Assembly: GCA_000708835.1 (NCBI GenBank)
Contig: DF236958.1
Coordinates: 310,001-374,000, forward strand
Direction of reading: 5' to 3'
DNA length: 64,000 bases
DNA from: Klebsormidium nitens
Lineage: Eukaryota; Plantae; Klebsormidiophyceae
Position numbers and translations under genes: made by a program. The notes beneath the pieces are model-generated. The model was not told the origin of the DNA. It searched no databases and saw only the letters and a list, made by a program, of their open reading frames with translations. Of this stretch, positions 13,706 to 26,451 are shown one piece after another. Position 1 is the first letter of the stretch, and each line of letters opens with the position of its first letter.

Positions 13706-14219
13706 AAGGCATATGCTAGGGCTAGGACGAGATTGCCGGGGGTCGATGTTCACTCAATGGGCCTGGTCCGGTATGATGGCCTTTGTCAGATGTGTGAACG
13801 GCACAACATACAGATGCGAAGGCCATCGCTATGTGTTGGTCGACAGTTGTTCAAGTGTTGAATGTCGCTTGGATCTAACTCGTGGACCGCGGATTCGACG
13901 GTTACTCTCATCATTACGCAAATCGTCTGTCCATTGATGAACTGCTCGCGACCAATATCGTCTTCTGTACAAAGCGCATCACGGTGACCTTTGGCGGGAC
14001 GGGCAGGCCCCCACAAACACGGAACCCGCCCCAGTGACCAACTCGAACGACTCAAGACTTTACAACCGCTCCTATTCGCTGCATTCCTACTTTGAAGACA
14101 AGTAGGGTGCAAATGATCGTGTTTCGTCCCTCCCTTGGCTTTCCTTTATTTAGTCAGGGCGGCAGCAGGGCGAATCGACGGCTCTGGCGAAGCCTGGATG
14201 GAGAAGCAATGTCCCGTAT

Positions 14220-16784
14220 CTAGTTGCCGAAGTACCAGTTGTGAGAGGGGTCGGCCAAGTGGTCCATCAGGTTTGCGATGGGGCCCTTCCCGGTGTGCAG
14301 TGCTTGGTGCAGGAAACCGCCGGTGGCGATCATTGCTAGCCGTCCGTTCTTGATCTCCTGCCACGTGACAAATGAATCGACATCAGGCTATGGCTTCTTG
14401 CGTCAAACTTTCAAGAGAGAATGATTTGATCATATGCCCGCTGTTGCTTGCACTTGTCTTGTTGGCAGAATGGAAGAGGGGGACATTCACAGCTCTTTTC
14501 CTTTTGGGCTCAAAGAGGTGCACAAGAACAACCTGCCCAAGTGGCCCAGAGAAGGCCGGAATTATCTCCAACACAGTATGCAGGTGGGGCGCGGCCCTCG
14601 CCAGGAGTGACCTTGCTTTCGGTCCTGCGAACGCTGGCTGGCTCACAATCTGCAGCCTCTCAAGCAGCACTCAGGCAAAGAACTAACAAGTTCAACCGGA
14701 CATGAGTAAAAGATAACTTGTCCAGTCCCGCCAGGAGGTCAATAGACAATACTTGGAGAATGCATTGGCGCTTACCCTTGTCCTCATGTCCTTGATCTGG
14801 GCATCGTCTCCGGTGGCAAGGCCCAGAGGGTCGAAGCCGGGGTAGATGCCGGTGGCATCGATGCTGCTGTCATAGCCGGCCTCGGTCTCGCGGAAGAGGC
14901 GGGCACCCTCAGCGATGGCGACCATGTGGAAGATACCCAGGCCGACAGGGCTGGTGGGCACCTGGAAATGAAAACTGACAGGTCAGGAAAACTCGGCAGA
15001 ATGAGAAGGTTTTGAAGAGACACCTGGTCAAGGAAAGAAGACTAGTGGAGAACGAGTTGAGGCATCGACACGTGAAGTGGAAGAAGGGAATCTGGTAAAC
15101 AGAAAAGAAAGAGAGACTGAGATGTAGAAAAGTAGGACCGAATGATTTCATAGCACTTCCTGGATTTCAGGCAGATTCGAGACCGATTGAAATTACATGC
15201 TACTTTCCTGACATTCAGGCCCCGAAACTCGATCACCGTAGCTCAATAGGTTCTAGTTCGTCATTCGGGCACTTTGTTTGCAGATGCTGAAAGGATCTTG
15301 GTGTGCCCTTGGATCTTTTCATGAAATGACAATGGAAAGACTGTCTGTACATTTCCTTCTTGATTCTTCTTATGAGCAGGAGTCCCTAAGGTAGCTAGCA
15401 AATCTTCTTTGATGGAAGGGTGTGTAAGGGCCCTGTTTGAGTAGGCTTCCCCATTCCGAGACTTACTGCGAAGGGGGGGAGGGAGAGGATGAAGCTGTTG
15501 CCTCCACCGTCAACCATGGTGTGGGCAGCCGAGTACCAGTCCCCTCTTCCCTGCGCGCCAAATTGTACACGGTCACATCTCAAGTGTGTGATAGTTGCTT
15601 TACTTGCTGGGTTCAGTTGCAACTAAGCTTCTCTTGACATTAAGAGGAGGATACAGTCCGGAACCCAGTTGCAACCAAGCTTCTTTTGACACTAAGAGAA
15701 GGATACAGTCCAGCAGAATGGCATCAGGGACAGAAGGCAGTTTCAAACCTTGGCCTCTGACATTGCCATGACTGGTTCCAGTCCTTCAACGATCACATGT
15801 GGGGCACAAACAGACGATTCCCTACAGAGACAAACTACTACCCTTAAGCCCAATGCTATCATTATCAGGGGCAAAATTGGTGGATTAAGAAGACTCATGT
15901 ACTATATCTGGAGTGTTTTTATGATGACAGCTGTCCCCTTACCAGGAGCTCTGGGACGCAAGCACCGACAACAGCGAGCATGGCCGTGCGGCCGTGGAAG
16001 ACCTCAGCCTCCGCCATACGGGTCTTCAGCTTCGGGTCCTCCGCTAGCTTCAAGGGGTCGAAACCGCGGTCTCTGCAGCAAGTAAGCTCAGGATATTTAG
16101 TCCAACATGCTAATCTCCTGGTATTGTGCTGGACCTTGCTTAGTATCTCATTAGGGACTTGGCCATCACGACAAATTGAATCTCTACAAACGGTGTGTGC
16201 ATCATTTGAGCAGCTGTGGGGTCTAAGTGTGAGCTATCAAGGCAACCAAGAAGGCCAAGGAGCCTGGGAGTTTGCTGCACTGTGTTAGCCAGCTGTCTAA
16301 TTTTAGACCCTCTGGATTCAAGCCGTCCCAATATGCCCACAAGTTGTTGAGAAGGTGCAGCTTCACCAAACGCCTCCCATTGCTCACAACGTCACTGCTC
16401 AGAGAGCAAACTCATCGGCCACAATAACTACCAGATAAATGTTGCCCATTGCCAGAAGAAACCTGCCAGCTCATTGCAGCTCCTGCTGCCCTTTTTGCAA
16501 ATATTGGCACAGCATTGCAAGTCACAGCGCCATGCAAATGAGGAGCACTCTGTAGTTGAGACCAGGGCTGGCGCCACTTACGCAGGGAGGCTACCGTCAA
16601 GGTGCGCCGGGGGCTTTGCGCCGGGCAGCCAAACGGGCCGGTTGGCGGCCGCCATTGTGACACGTGCATTGCCCTTCGGGACAACATTGAAGCTGCGGCA
16701 GAAGGAGCTCTGGGTGGAGCTGGAGACGGAGGCGAGGCTCCCGGCCAGGGCCGAGGCCTTAACGGCGCACGCGGTCATGGCCAT
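14220..16784 (-). CDS. Light-harvesting chlorophyll a/b-binding protein (divergent LHC, His-type at a603), paralog A
   Basis: Exons 16784-16582, 16072-15943, 15550-15467, 14961-14776, 14357-14220; transit peptide, [69 protein letters not shown]. All junctions are GT-AG and in frame. Confidence 0.95.
15614..15711. repeat. Intronic tandem duplication, ~52-bp period
   Basis: CAGTTGCAACYAAGCTTCTYTTGACAYTAAGAGRAGGATACAGTCC occurs at 15614 and 15666, within intron 2 of LHC paralog A. Confidence 0.85.
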
Positions 16785-17633
16785 GTCTGCTCTTTAGTGG
16801 TAGGTTGAACAGGAAGGGAGGCTGCTTAGAGTTGACAGGTGCTAGCAAAATGTGGGCGAACTTTGATAGCTCTGTCAGCTGTGTTGAGTGGGCAACTTGC
16901 TTACGATCCGACTCTGAGCAGAAACGCAATTCTAGCTTACGAATTAAGAGCTTGTACTTGAAGAGAGGCTCACGTTGGCCGTGGCGAGGAGGGGGAGCGC
17001 GACGCATTGCACTCCCTTCCGAAGCCCTGGCAGCAACTCCGCTGTGCGTTGGAAGCTTCGGAATCCGCAGAAACCAATCAGAAGCGCCCATAGCACCACG
17101 TCTATCCATGTGACGTCATGCTGGATCTTTTGCTAGTCTGCGATTGGTGAAATCAAAGATTCACTTGGGAGATGTCTGTGGCTGCGAGCGGGGTTTCTCG
17201 AGTCTTTGGCTGTAATAATTTGAATGTGGATCTGGCGGCAAGCTCCTGATTGGCCGGAGATCGAGATACATCTACACGTGGGACCATGTGGCCAATTGGA
17301 AGCGCTGATCGTCCGGAATGGCTGCGAGCCACAGAGAGCCGCGCAGTACAGCGGAATTGTGACGCCCTGCCGCCCAAGCCAATCCGTGCCCGGCGCACAC
17401 AGACGAGTGTCTGGCTCACGTTCTCTCTCCCCTTCACTTCCAAATTCTGGAGAAGAATTGTACAGTGTCTCATCCACATTCTTGCTGTTCCCCTCGTCTC
17501 ACTTCAGTTTTAGCTGCTCCCTTTGTCAAATTCGCCAACTTCATCTGCTGTTTGTAGTTCAGCTGCAGCTAAAGCTCAGTCAGCTAACAACGAAGCTAAA
17601 GAAGCTAACAGAGGGACGTAACAGAAAGACGCA
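16785..17633. promoter_or_regulatory. Putative bidirectional promoter of the two LHC genes
   Basis: 849 bp between divergent ATGs; TGACGTCA at 17111, CACGTG(G) at 17275, CCAAT/ATTGG at 17074, 17143, 17249, 17292 and 17379. Confidence 0.6.
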
Positions 17634-20250
17634 ATGGCGAGCTCCACGATTGCTGCCAGCAGCCTGTCCAAGCTCGCGGGTTTCGCCGCGACCACAGCGA
17701 GCACCTCCGCTGCTGTCGGCCAGAGGTAAGCATTGCAACGGGGTGGCGCCGAAACTCAAACGGTCGGCAGTGCAATTACGAGGGAAAGTACTGTTTCTTA
17801 CGGCACTGCAGCTAAGAAAATTTTGAGGCGTTGAGGAACCTAGTGCGTGCGCTGTGGATAGGATTGATGGTTGCGCGAGTTTGTTTGTCAATCAAGCGGG
17901 TTCACATATGGGCAGTCTTGCGGCATTGCCCCTTCCGCCGCACAATAGATCCTCAGTCATGCTCGAAACTGAGTTAGAAGAGCAGCATTGCAACAGGCAT
18001 TTCCAAAGTAAATACACTGGAGCAGCAACCTGTAGCAGTAGAATGCAGTTTCTCAATTGGAGGAAAACACGTTTATGCAACTTTTCTTTTTCCTGTTCTG
18101 CCTGCGGAGAATGCGACCAATCTCAGGCTGGCACTGTCAAGTGTCTGAAAGTACTCGCACAAACAGCCACCTAAACCCACAATTGCACCCACAATTGCTT
18201 CAGAATAAGGGCCCATACAGGCTCATCCTCACAGACATCTCCCTGAAAGACGTGTACTCCCCATTCTTCCTCTGCAGGTCCAGCTTCTTCGCTGGCCGCG
18301 CTCTGGTGAGCCGCCCCGCAGTCCAGTGCAATGCCCGCGTTTCTATGTCCTCAGACCAGAAGGTTGACCCCTACTTCGGAGTGGGTGTCTGGATCCCTGG
18401 CCTCGTCCGCCCCGACCACCTCGACGGCTCCCTCCCTGCGTAAGTTATTGAGCATCTTGTTCCCTCTCTCCAAAAGTATAGTCTTCAAGGGGGTCGAAGT
18501 TAAACACTCCTCTTATATGTATATTGCCTTGGGTTTGGGCCACAATTTGGCCCTTGTCTGCTGATCTTGAGGCCGTACTAGTTTTTTGAATTGTTGGAGC
18601 TTCGCATAATGGTCGTGCCATAGGAGCGAAGAAATGCAGACTGAGTACTTCGAGCTGGTTGACTGCTTTGCCCCTCATTGATGTTGTTTTGCGGTTGCGA
18701 TACACGCTGCTGGTCATTTACTGCCACTTCCAACTAGCCAGTGCTTACTGAGGCACTCATCTCCAGCCCTCCCTTCTGGCCTTGTACTTTTTTAGGGCGT
18801 TGCTAAGCCGCCAACCAGGCATCTGGACAGGTCTCTCACCCGCGTTACAATCCTGGTCAAGTTGCACACAGAGTGATAGCAGCTACTGGAATCAATGGCT
18901 TGAGTGACTCTTTAAGGCAACAATGCTCAAACCCACAAGAACAAATTCCACTTACTTGGTTGTTATTTCCCTGATCAACCCCTCAAAAGTGTCCTTTTAC
19001 CTCTGCAGTGACTTTGGCTTCGACCCCCTCGGCCTCTCTGTCACTGAGACCGTTCGGAACCGTCTGGTTGAGGGTGAGGTGATGAACGGACGGTTTGCCA
19101 TGCTCGCGGTTGTGGGCGCCATTGTGCCTGAGCTGCTGGGCAAGGGCAACTTCGGAGACATTGCCGCGTCCGCTCCCTTCGGAAGCACCATCCTGGGTTT
19201 GGAGCCTGTTGGTGTGAGTATATTCTCGCTCTCTTTCTCTTGAATAGTCTGCTGCATTGCCCTGCAGCGTCCTGAAGCCAAGGACTTCTGTGTTCTTTTC
19301 AGGGTTCAGTCGCACTGCAGATGAAGCAATGAGGTTTCTCGAGATTCCGATATTTTCTGACTCCTAGCCTTCAGTAAAGTTGCAAGCATTTTGTGCCCCG
19401 TCAGTAGCACCTGCCTCTTGTCCACTCGATTGATCAACAGACAGGGTGAAGACTTGCTTTACTAGCTTTCCTAGTGCAAGTCTCTCGGCAGATTATACTT
19501 TGGCAGATTACACCTGTTCCATGTCCCAGATCAAGAAGAATCAGAACTCTTGACACGTCTGCGTCTCTCTACTTCAGGTCCCTGCTGAGTGGCCCGGCAT
19601 CGCTGCTCTGTTCGTTGCGGGTGCCGCCGAGAGCCTCCGGCTGCGCGCTGAGATCACCAAGGGCTACGGCAGCTACGATGATGTCAGCAGCTTCTTGTAC
19701 CCCGGGTTCGACCCCCTCGGCTTCGCCAAGGGTGACGACGCAAAGGTCAAGGACATGAGGACCAGGGTCAGTAGACACTTCACACCTGCCCTTGTTTACT
19801 TTCGAATGTGTCCAGATTCTGTTCCTTTTGACTTGCATACCCGTCTGCAATACTCTTCTGTTTCGAAATTAACTTCTTGATTGCATCTGATCGTCTGGGA
19901 CTATTTTTTGGAAACACCAGGCTGCAACGAGAGCGGAAGCCATTGTACACCACTTGCACTCCTACAAAGCTGTACTCTGACAAGGCTGGCCCTCTCTTTA
20001 CACGAAGCTCTGTTGTACAAACGAGAATAAAAAGAGTTGGCAGAACACCTTCGTTTTACTGTCTCAGGCGGGCGCTCAATGGACTTGTGCTCTATGCGTG
20101 CAGGAGATTAAGAACGGGCGGTTGGCGATGATTGCCTTCATCGGGTTCCTCCAGCAGTACCTCGTGACCGGACAGGGCCCATTGACCAACCTGAGCCAAC
20201 ATTTGGCCAACCCCCACGCCAACTGGTTCTTCAGCCAATCCCAGTTGTAG
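17634..20250 (+). CDS. Light-harvesting chlorophyll a/b-binding protein (divergent LHC, Asn-type at a603), paralog B
   Basis: Exons 17634-17725, 18278-18439, 19009-19213, 19578-19766, 20104-20250; transit peptide, [63 protein letters not shown]. Confidence 0.95.
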
Positions 20251-21493
20251 GCCCCGGTTCTAAAGCGTCGCCCACATTCTGTATTTAGAAAGCAGTCCTC
20301 CTTACTGGTGTTTGTCGTGAGGAACTGCCCAGGACGGGAAGGCTCGTTCTCAAGCGGGCCCAAGAATTGACGAAGCCCCCCGTTTCAGGCAGGCAGTCGA
20401 TCAGATCCGATACAGGTCCGGACCACGAGTTGTTCACAGTTTCGTGTCGAAAAGTGCACCTACGTTGAGAGAAGGGTGACCCAGTCCGTCCCCCGCGTTA
20501 GGGCCTGTCTGTACAGTCGATTTTCCGAGGCATTGAAACACTCCCAGCGACAATAATGGAAGTTCTAAGCACGTGTCCTGGCCTCCCATCTTCGCCTCTT
20601 GAGTCGGACAGCATTCATAGGATCGTACCCTTTCATTGAATCACTGATGTGCGGTCCCTGCGTGTTCATGGTTCTTGCTTTGACATGTTACACGCTCGAA
20701 TTTGATACCTTCATCCCAACTAGTTGAGTACTCAAGGTGCGTCATCTTGATGCTTGGGCTTCCACGTTGCCCCCGTTACAAAGGGCCTATCGCTCCTCTT
20801 GATGGTACCAGGTATGTATCGGGCTCGATATGTAGGGTACACACATGATGTGGTCCTTACATGCGGACGATTGTGCACACTCGCCCGTGCATGCTGCAAT
20901 GTAACGCACGAATTCCATCCATGGACGGCGCTCTACATGTGAGTCTCTTGCGCCTATACATTGGCATAGAAGAGAAGGTCCATTGTTTGGCGGGGTAATA
21001 CATGTAGGTTGTCCCACACTGCATCCAACCGCGCATCGTGTCACATGTTCTCAACACAGAAGTAGCTTCAAGCGCACTGAGACCAGCTACTTAGAACCTA
21101 GATTTCTGGCAAATAACTGATTTGCGTCATGACGCCTTGAGCGTCCCAGCAATGGCCGAGCGCCTCAACACATACACGAAAGCCGCCCAAAAGCTTTGAG
21201 CGGCGCTTGTTCGTCTCATGAATACTTGTCCTCCCCCATTGCAGCCGCGGACTGAGAGGCCTCACATGCGTGATTGCCATCTGTATTAAAACCTCGAACA
21301 CCTGTGCGGCTCTGTAACCTGCTGTAAACCCGTCCTAGTTTGATGTTGACGTTGCCCCTGCGCCCCTGCGTCATTCCCTGCCGTATCTATTTGACAGAAG
21401 CGTTCGATACAACAAATGCTGGCTAGTGTTTGTGGACATGTCCAAGTTCAGAAATCTGATCACAGAGACGTCTCGAGTGTAACTCGATTGGGT

Positions 21494-24400
21494 TCACTTT
21501 GGCCGGGGCGACCCACCACTCTTTGCCGACAGCAGTGGAGTCAAGTCTCCAGCCACAATGTTTAGAACGATGGTCTCTTGGCCCCGTCGGGTCTTCACTT
21601 TGATAAGCTGCGGCCAGACAAGTCAATCTCAGGCAAGATCTGCTGACGTCAGTTCGTCAGACACTGTCATTCTGCCCCTTAGCAATATTCAGGCGCCGCG
21701 GGGAGAAGCAGAAACTCAGTCTCGCACGGACTCTTGCCTACTTACCCGTCATGGATCTTGACTAGAATGCCGAATCCCCTCAAGCCAGAGGGGCTTATAA
21801 AACAAGCCTTTGAAGCCACCAGGGTTCCAAGGAAGAGAGACATTAAGGGGAGAGCTTATCAACAGGGTTCGGCCCCGGCCAACACAAACAAACAGACCAC
21901 TCAGACTGAAACCGATTAAAAAGCAGTCCAGACTCCTGGCTTTTGGAGGACAGTGGCATGCAAAGCAGAGCTTTGAATCTTCAAAGAGCCCACCTGGCCG
22001 ACGTCACTGTATGCGATGACGCACTGCAGCTCGCCCGCGGAGCGCAGCCGCCGGCCGTCCATCTCCAAGATGACGTCACCCGAGCGCAGGCCGGCGGCCT
22101 CGGCCGGGGAGCCGTCGGCGATCTGGGGCCACAGCAGAAGTGCGTGTGGGTGTGTATGCCTCCACTAGTGTGAGACAGTTGGGTGATTTTGGCTTCTGAA
22201 TAAGCCAATTCGCATCTACTTCGACCGACGAAGTACCGCATAGGATGGCCTAAACTGGCCTTTACGTTTTATGGACGGTCGTAGAGAATTTGGATGTACG
22301 GAAGTCGAGATTCGGACGGTGCGGGGTGTAGCTTGGGCAGAGTACGTGATCTGAAATACCAAATCCAGAATTTCACACAGGTACATCAAAATAAGGAGAA
22401 TGAAACAGCACTACTCCAATCGCTGATAGCATGTTCTCGTTTTAGACTGCGAAGCAGGGTGATCCCCAAAGGTTCGGTGCCCACTTGCTGCGCTATGGGT
22501 CTGTAGCGGTGCCTGGCGACGAGTACGAGTTAGACGCTGATAGATGGAAGAGGTACGACGCGCGCGCACATTGTAGGCGCGGAAGGTGCCGGTCGCTGGC
22601 TCCAAGGAGATGACGTATGAGCGCCCTTCTTGAGTGGAGCCCTTTTAGCCGCTTTGAACTACCATTTCAGCAGCGCTCTCGAATTTATTGTTCCGACCAG
22701 TTGCGACAAAGTGCCGTCACATATCCAGGGCGTTGAGAAGAGACACTTGCACTGAAGCCCAGACAAAGGGCGCCTTGTCTCATCTTTCGCAGCAGTGCCC
22801 TTTCGCCTCCAGTTGTCAACACCCCAAATTTCGTAACATAGGACTTAAGAAAAACGGCAACGGTACGCGCAGCCGGACTGTGCAGCATTCGATATCGAAA
22901 CACAATTGTTAACTCACAATGCGCAGAAAATATGCAGAAAAGGGCGAGAGGCACACGGCTCACGTTCGCAACCAAGAGGCCCCCGACCTCCGGCAAGACC
23001 CCCCGGGAGCCGGGCTCGGTGTTGTGCTGACGTGCCAGCCCGGGTGTGATCGTCACCACTTGCACGCCGATGTAAGCGTGACGCATGGGCAGGCCCTGGC
23101 TAAGGACGTCGACGATCTTGCGGGCCTGCAGCGGAGAACGTCCGATGAACAGTGCAACTCGAGATTCTTACTGTTAGGTTCTTGCTTGCAGATTGAGCTC
23201 GCAATTCCAGAAGAGTAAAGTTATCAAAGTTTCCGGGGTTTGTCAAGAGTCCGCGTTCTCATTTATAGCATCCGCGATGCAAACGTTTGCCAAGCGCCGT
23301 CCGCAGACTACTCCTACCGGGCTCAATCGTTTGCCGGCGTTACCTTTCCTGATGTGTCGAGAAGAGCGCTACGAACCATACCAGCTTGAATCGGGCGCTA
23401 TCCAACTACTTACATCTTACGCAAAAGGGCTTGGAGAATGCCTCGAAGTATCCAAGCACAAATAAAATTTGATCCGTTGGAGCCTCACGTAGTTGATGGG
23501 GATCGCGAAGCTAATGCCCTCCGCGTCCGCTCGGATCGCCGTGTTGATCCCGACCACCTTGCCGAATTCGTTTAGGAGGGGTCCCCCCGAGTTGCCCGGG
23601 TTGATGGCGCAGTCCGTCTGGAGGAAGTCTACCCGTTTCTCCGGGATGCCGATCTCGGCGGCCTGTCGGTGCAGACAGCTCACGATACCTAGAGTCACGG
23701 TGTTGTCCAGGCCGAAAGGATTGCCCACCTGAGGAAAGAGGTGGGTATGACGTCAGAGACGCCAGTTGACGTCAGGCTGGGAAGAGAAGGACGGCATAAG
23801 GGCAGGGACAAACGACACTATCCCACAAGGATTTCATGCAAGACTTACTCGCATCGGAGGGGATAAGGATTGTTGCATCCTGACGGCAGTTCCATCTTCA
23901 AAAGGCGTCAGATTTCATACTACAGTCGTGAACCTGAGTTCATAGGAAAAGTATTATCCGACGGCCTACAATCCGTGGTACGATCACCACAATATGTGGC
24001 AGGGCCTTCGGCGACCCAGCAAGGCCTGTGAGAAGTCTTCTGGTCGCCTGGGTGGGGACCAGTCCTCGACACCTGTTAAAGTATCGACGAAGAAAAGCTG
24101 AAGTCTCGGTCGCGGCGCTCACCGCTATGACCCAATCCCCGACCTCTAGGCTGTTGCTGTCCCCGAGTGGCGCATTCGGCAGGCTCTCCCATTGGGGCAG
24201 CTCCACTTTGATCACCGCCAAATCAGTCAGCTCGTCCGTGCCCACGACCACGCCCCGAAACGTGCGCCCATCAGTGAAAGTGACCTGCAATCACAGTAAA
24301 CCCGAATTCTGTTGGTTAGCGCAATGAGGTGATACACTTCCGTGGTTGAGGATTATAGTCTGGCATAAAATCTGTGCAACATTCAGCGCCCTGGCGTAAG

Positions 24401-26451
24401 CCGGAACCGGGAGATCTGTCAGCACGTGGAGGAGCGGGTCCAATACCGAGCTGCGACCTACATTGGGCTCGTTTACCTTCTGAAGGGCGTTATGCAACAG
24501 ACAAAGAAGAGGGGGCCGACTAAATCTCAAGTAGAGATGTTGGCAGAGAAACAAACAACTATTGGATCGTCACCTAGGAGGAACAAGGAGACTACTTTGA
24601 TTCAGAAGGTTCAACGCTCTTCAGAGGTTTGAGTCAGCGTTAGAGTTTGATTGTACGGAAGGGTGCCAACACGAGAGAGCGCAAGAGCGCAAAAGCAGAT
24701 TCGTGAAAAGCCGAAGAGCAGTTTGTTCAGTTGTAAGTCTTAGGAAACATTGGAGCGGATGTTGATGCATCTTCTGTGTGGGCGGTGTATATCCAATCAG
24801 GCGATTTTGACTGGCACAGTCCGGTTCAATTAAAAGTTGGTCTCAGTAAGAAGAGCGGTGACAGTGTCAATATTGTTCCCGGATCTCCAGATGCCCATTT
24901 CTTGACAAGGAAGGGGACTCACCAGAACGGTGTCCGCTCGATTGATGACGTGGGCGTTCGTCACGATGATCCCCTGCCGCCCGTCGACCACGAACCCGCT
25001 CCCCTGCCCTTGTTCCCGGTCCTTTGCCCGGTCCTCCAGCGCCAAATCGTCCCCCCCGAAAAACTTGCTGAACAAGTCCTTACCCCCCGCTTCGCTCGGC
25101 TGATTCCTCTCCGTGTTTATCCGCACAACCGACGGCCCCACCCGCTCGGCCGCAGCCCGCACGAACGAGTTTCCCTTCGTCGGGAACCGCAAGATGAGTT
25201 TGAACGGCAGCCCGGATCCCCTCCGCGAATCGCCGCATAACTTGACGGGCGAGTCTGTGGGGGGCGGAGTTTCGGGTGGGCTTATGGAGAAAGCGGTGGC
25301 TCGTGCGGGCTCACTGCCCGTGTCCCATACCGCGCGGCTCGCGAAGGGGTCGGCGCCAGCGGGCGGGTTTACGAACGGAAGCTGGTAGCTGGCTGACGTC
25401 ATGACTGATCCGCCTGGCTCGACGACGGCGCCGGAGTCCCACGTCACGGGCCGCGTTCTGAAGACGTCGGAAAGAGTCTGCGAGCTGGCTATTGAGATGC
25501 CTGCAGCTGTGTCTGGAGCGGATGGTCCGCTTGCACTTTGTTGTGATCTTCTGATACTCCAACTTTTATGTTGGGATGCTGATGGCTTGGTGGGGAAAGC
25601 TTCGGAAGCGGAAGGCCCTGCTTGCGAACTAGATGCAGATCTTTCCAGCTGCCAACCTTCCTGCTCGGCTGAAACAAGGCCCGATGCATGATGCTGAGTA
25701 GACTCCCCTTCTAACCTACGATGAAGAGCTTTGGCTCTCGGGAACAACACTGGTTTCTGGTCATGATCTGCTGATTCGAAACTTGAACGAGAACCTTTGC
25801 ACTGTTCGGAAGGCTGCTGTACAGCAACTTCACTTGAATGCTGAAACGCAGTGACGTCCTTTGGTTCTCCAGAGCTTGAGCGGTGGACTGTTGAAATAGT
25901 ACTTACTGGAGGCTGACTTTTGGGCCTGGTCTTCTGACTGGATAAAAAGAGCCAATACGATGTGGCTGGAAGGAGCGCCGCAACAAGAAAGCCAACCGCA
26001 AACTCCAACATGAAGCTTGCCCATCGAATTGAGCCCTCCCTCTCTGAGGAATTACTACCACTTTCAGACTGCAAGTCTGTATAGATTGACCAACAACTCG
26101 CTCTTTGAGACTCTGTCTTTAGTAGGGAAGACTCGCTCTGGCTTGAATGGGGCAAAGAACTCGACGCACAGGGTAAAGAGGCTTTGGAGTGACGGCGTGA
26201 TCTGACGGACCCGGGCCAATCCCAGGGTCTGTTGAAACTGGGTGTTTGAATGCTCCACTTTGAGGACTTTCCAAGCAGCGTCCCTTCGTCTTCCCATTGA
26301 AGCACCCTACGAGTACGTGGCGGAGCACGGCTACGCAAGTTGACCTGCAAGACAAAAATCTTATCTGCATGATCTGGAAGTACTGTGTAATACAAGCGCT
26401 CTTGTTGAGCGTCCGAAATAGTCATGTCAAGAGCTACATGTGGGAGGGGCA
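21494..26451 (-). CDS. HtrA/DegP-family serine protease with PDZ domain and long N-terminal extension (5' end lies further upstream)
   Basis: Exons 26451-24923, 24284-24123, 23728-23489, 23125-22964, 22122-21994, 21607-21494; catalytic triad [25 protein letters not shown]; PDZ motifs AYIGV and [15 protein letters not shown]. The first exon shown starts at a splice acceptor. Confidence 0.92.
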
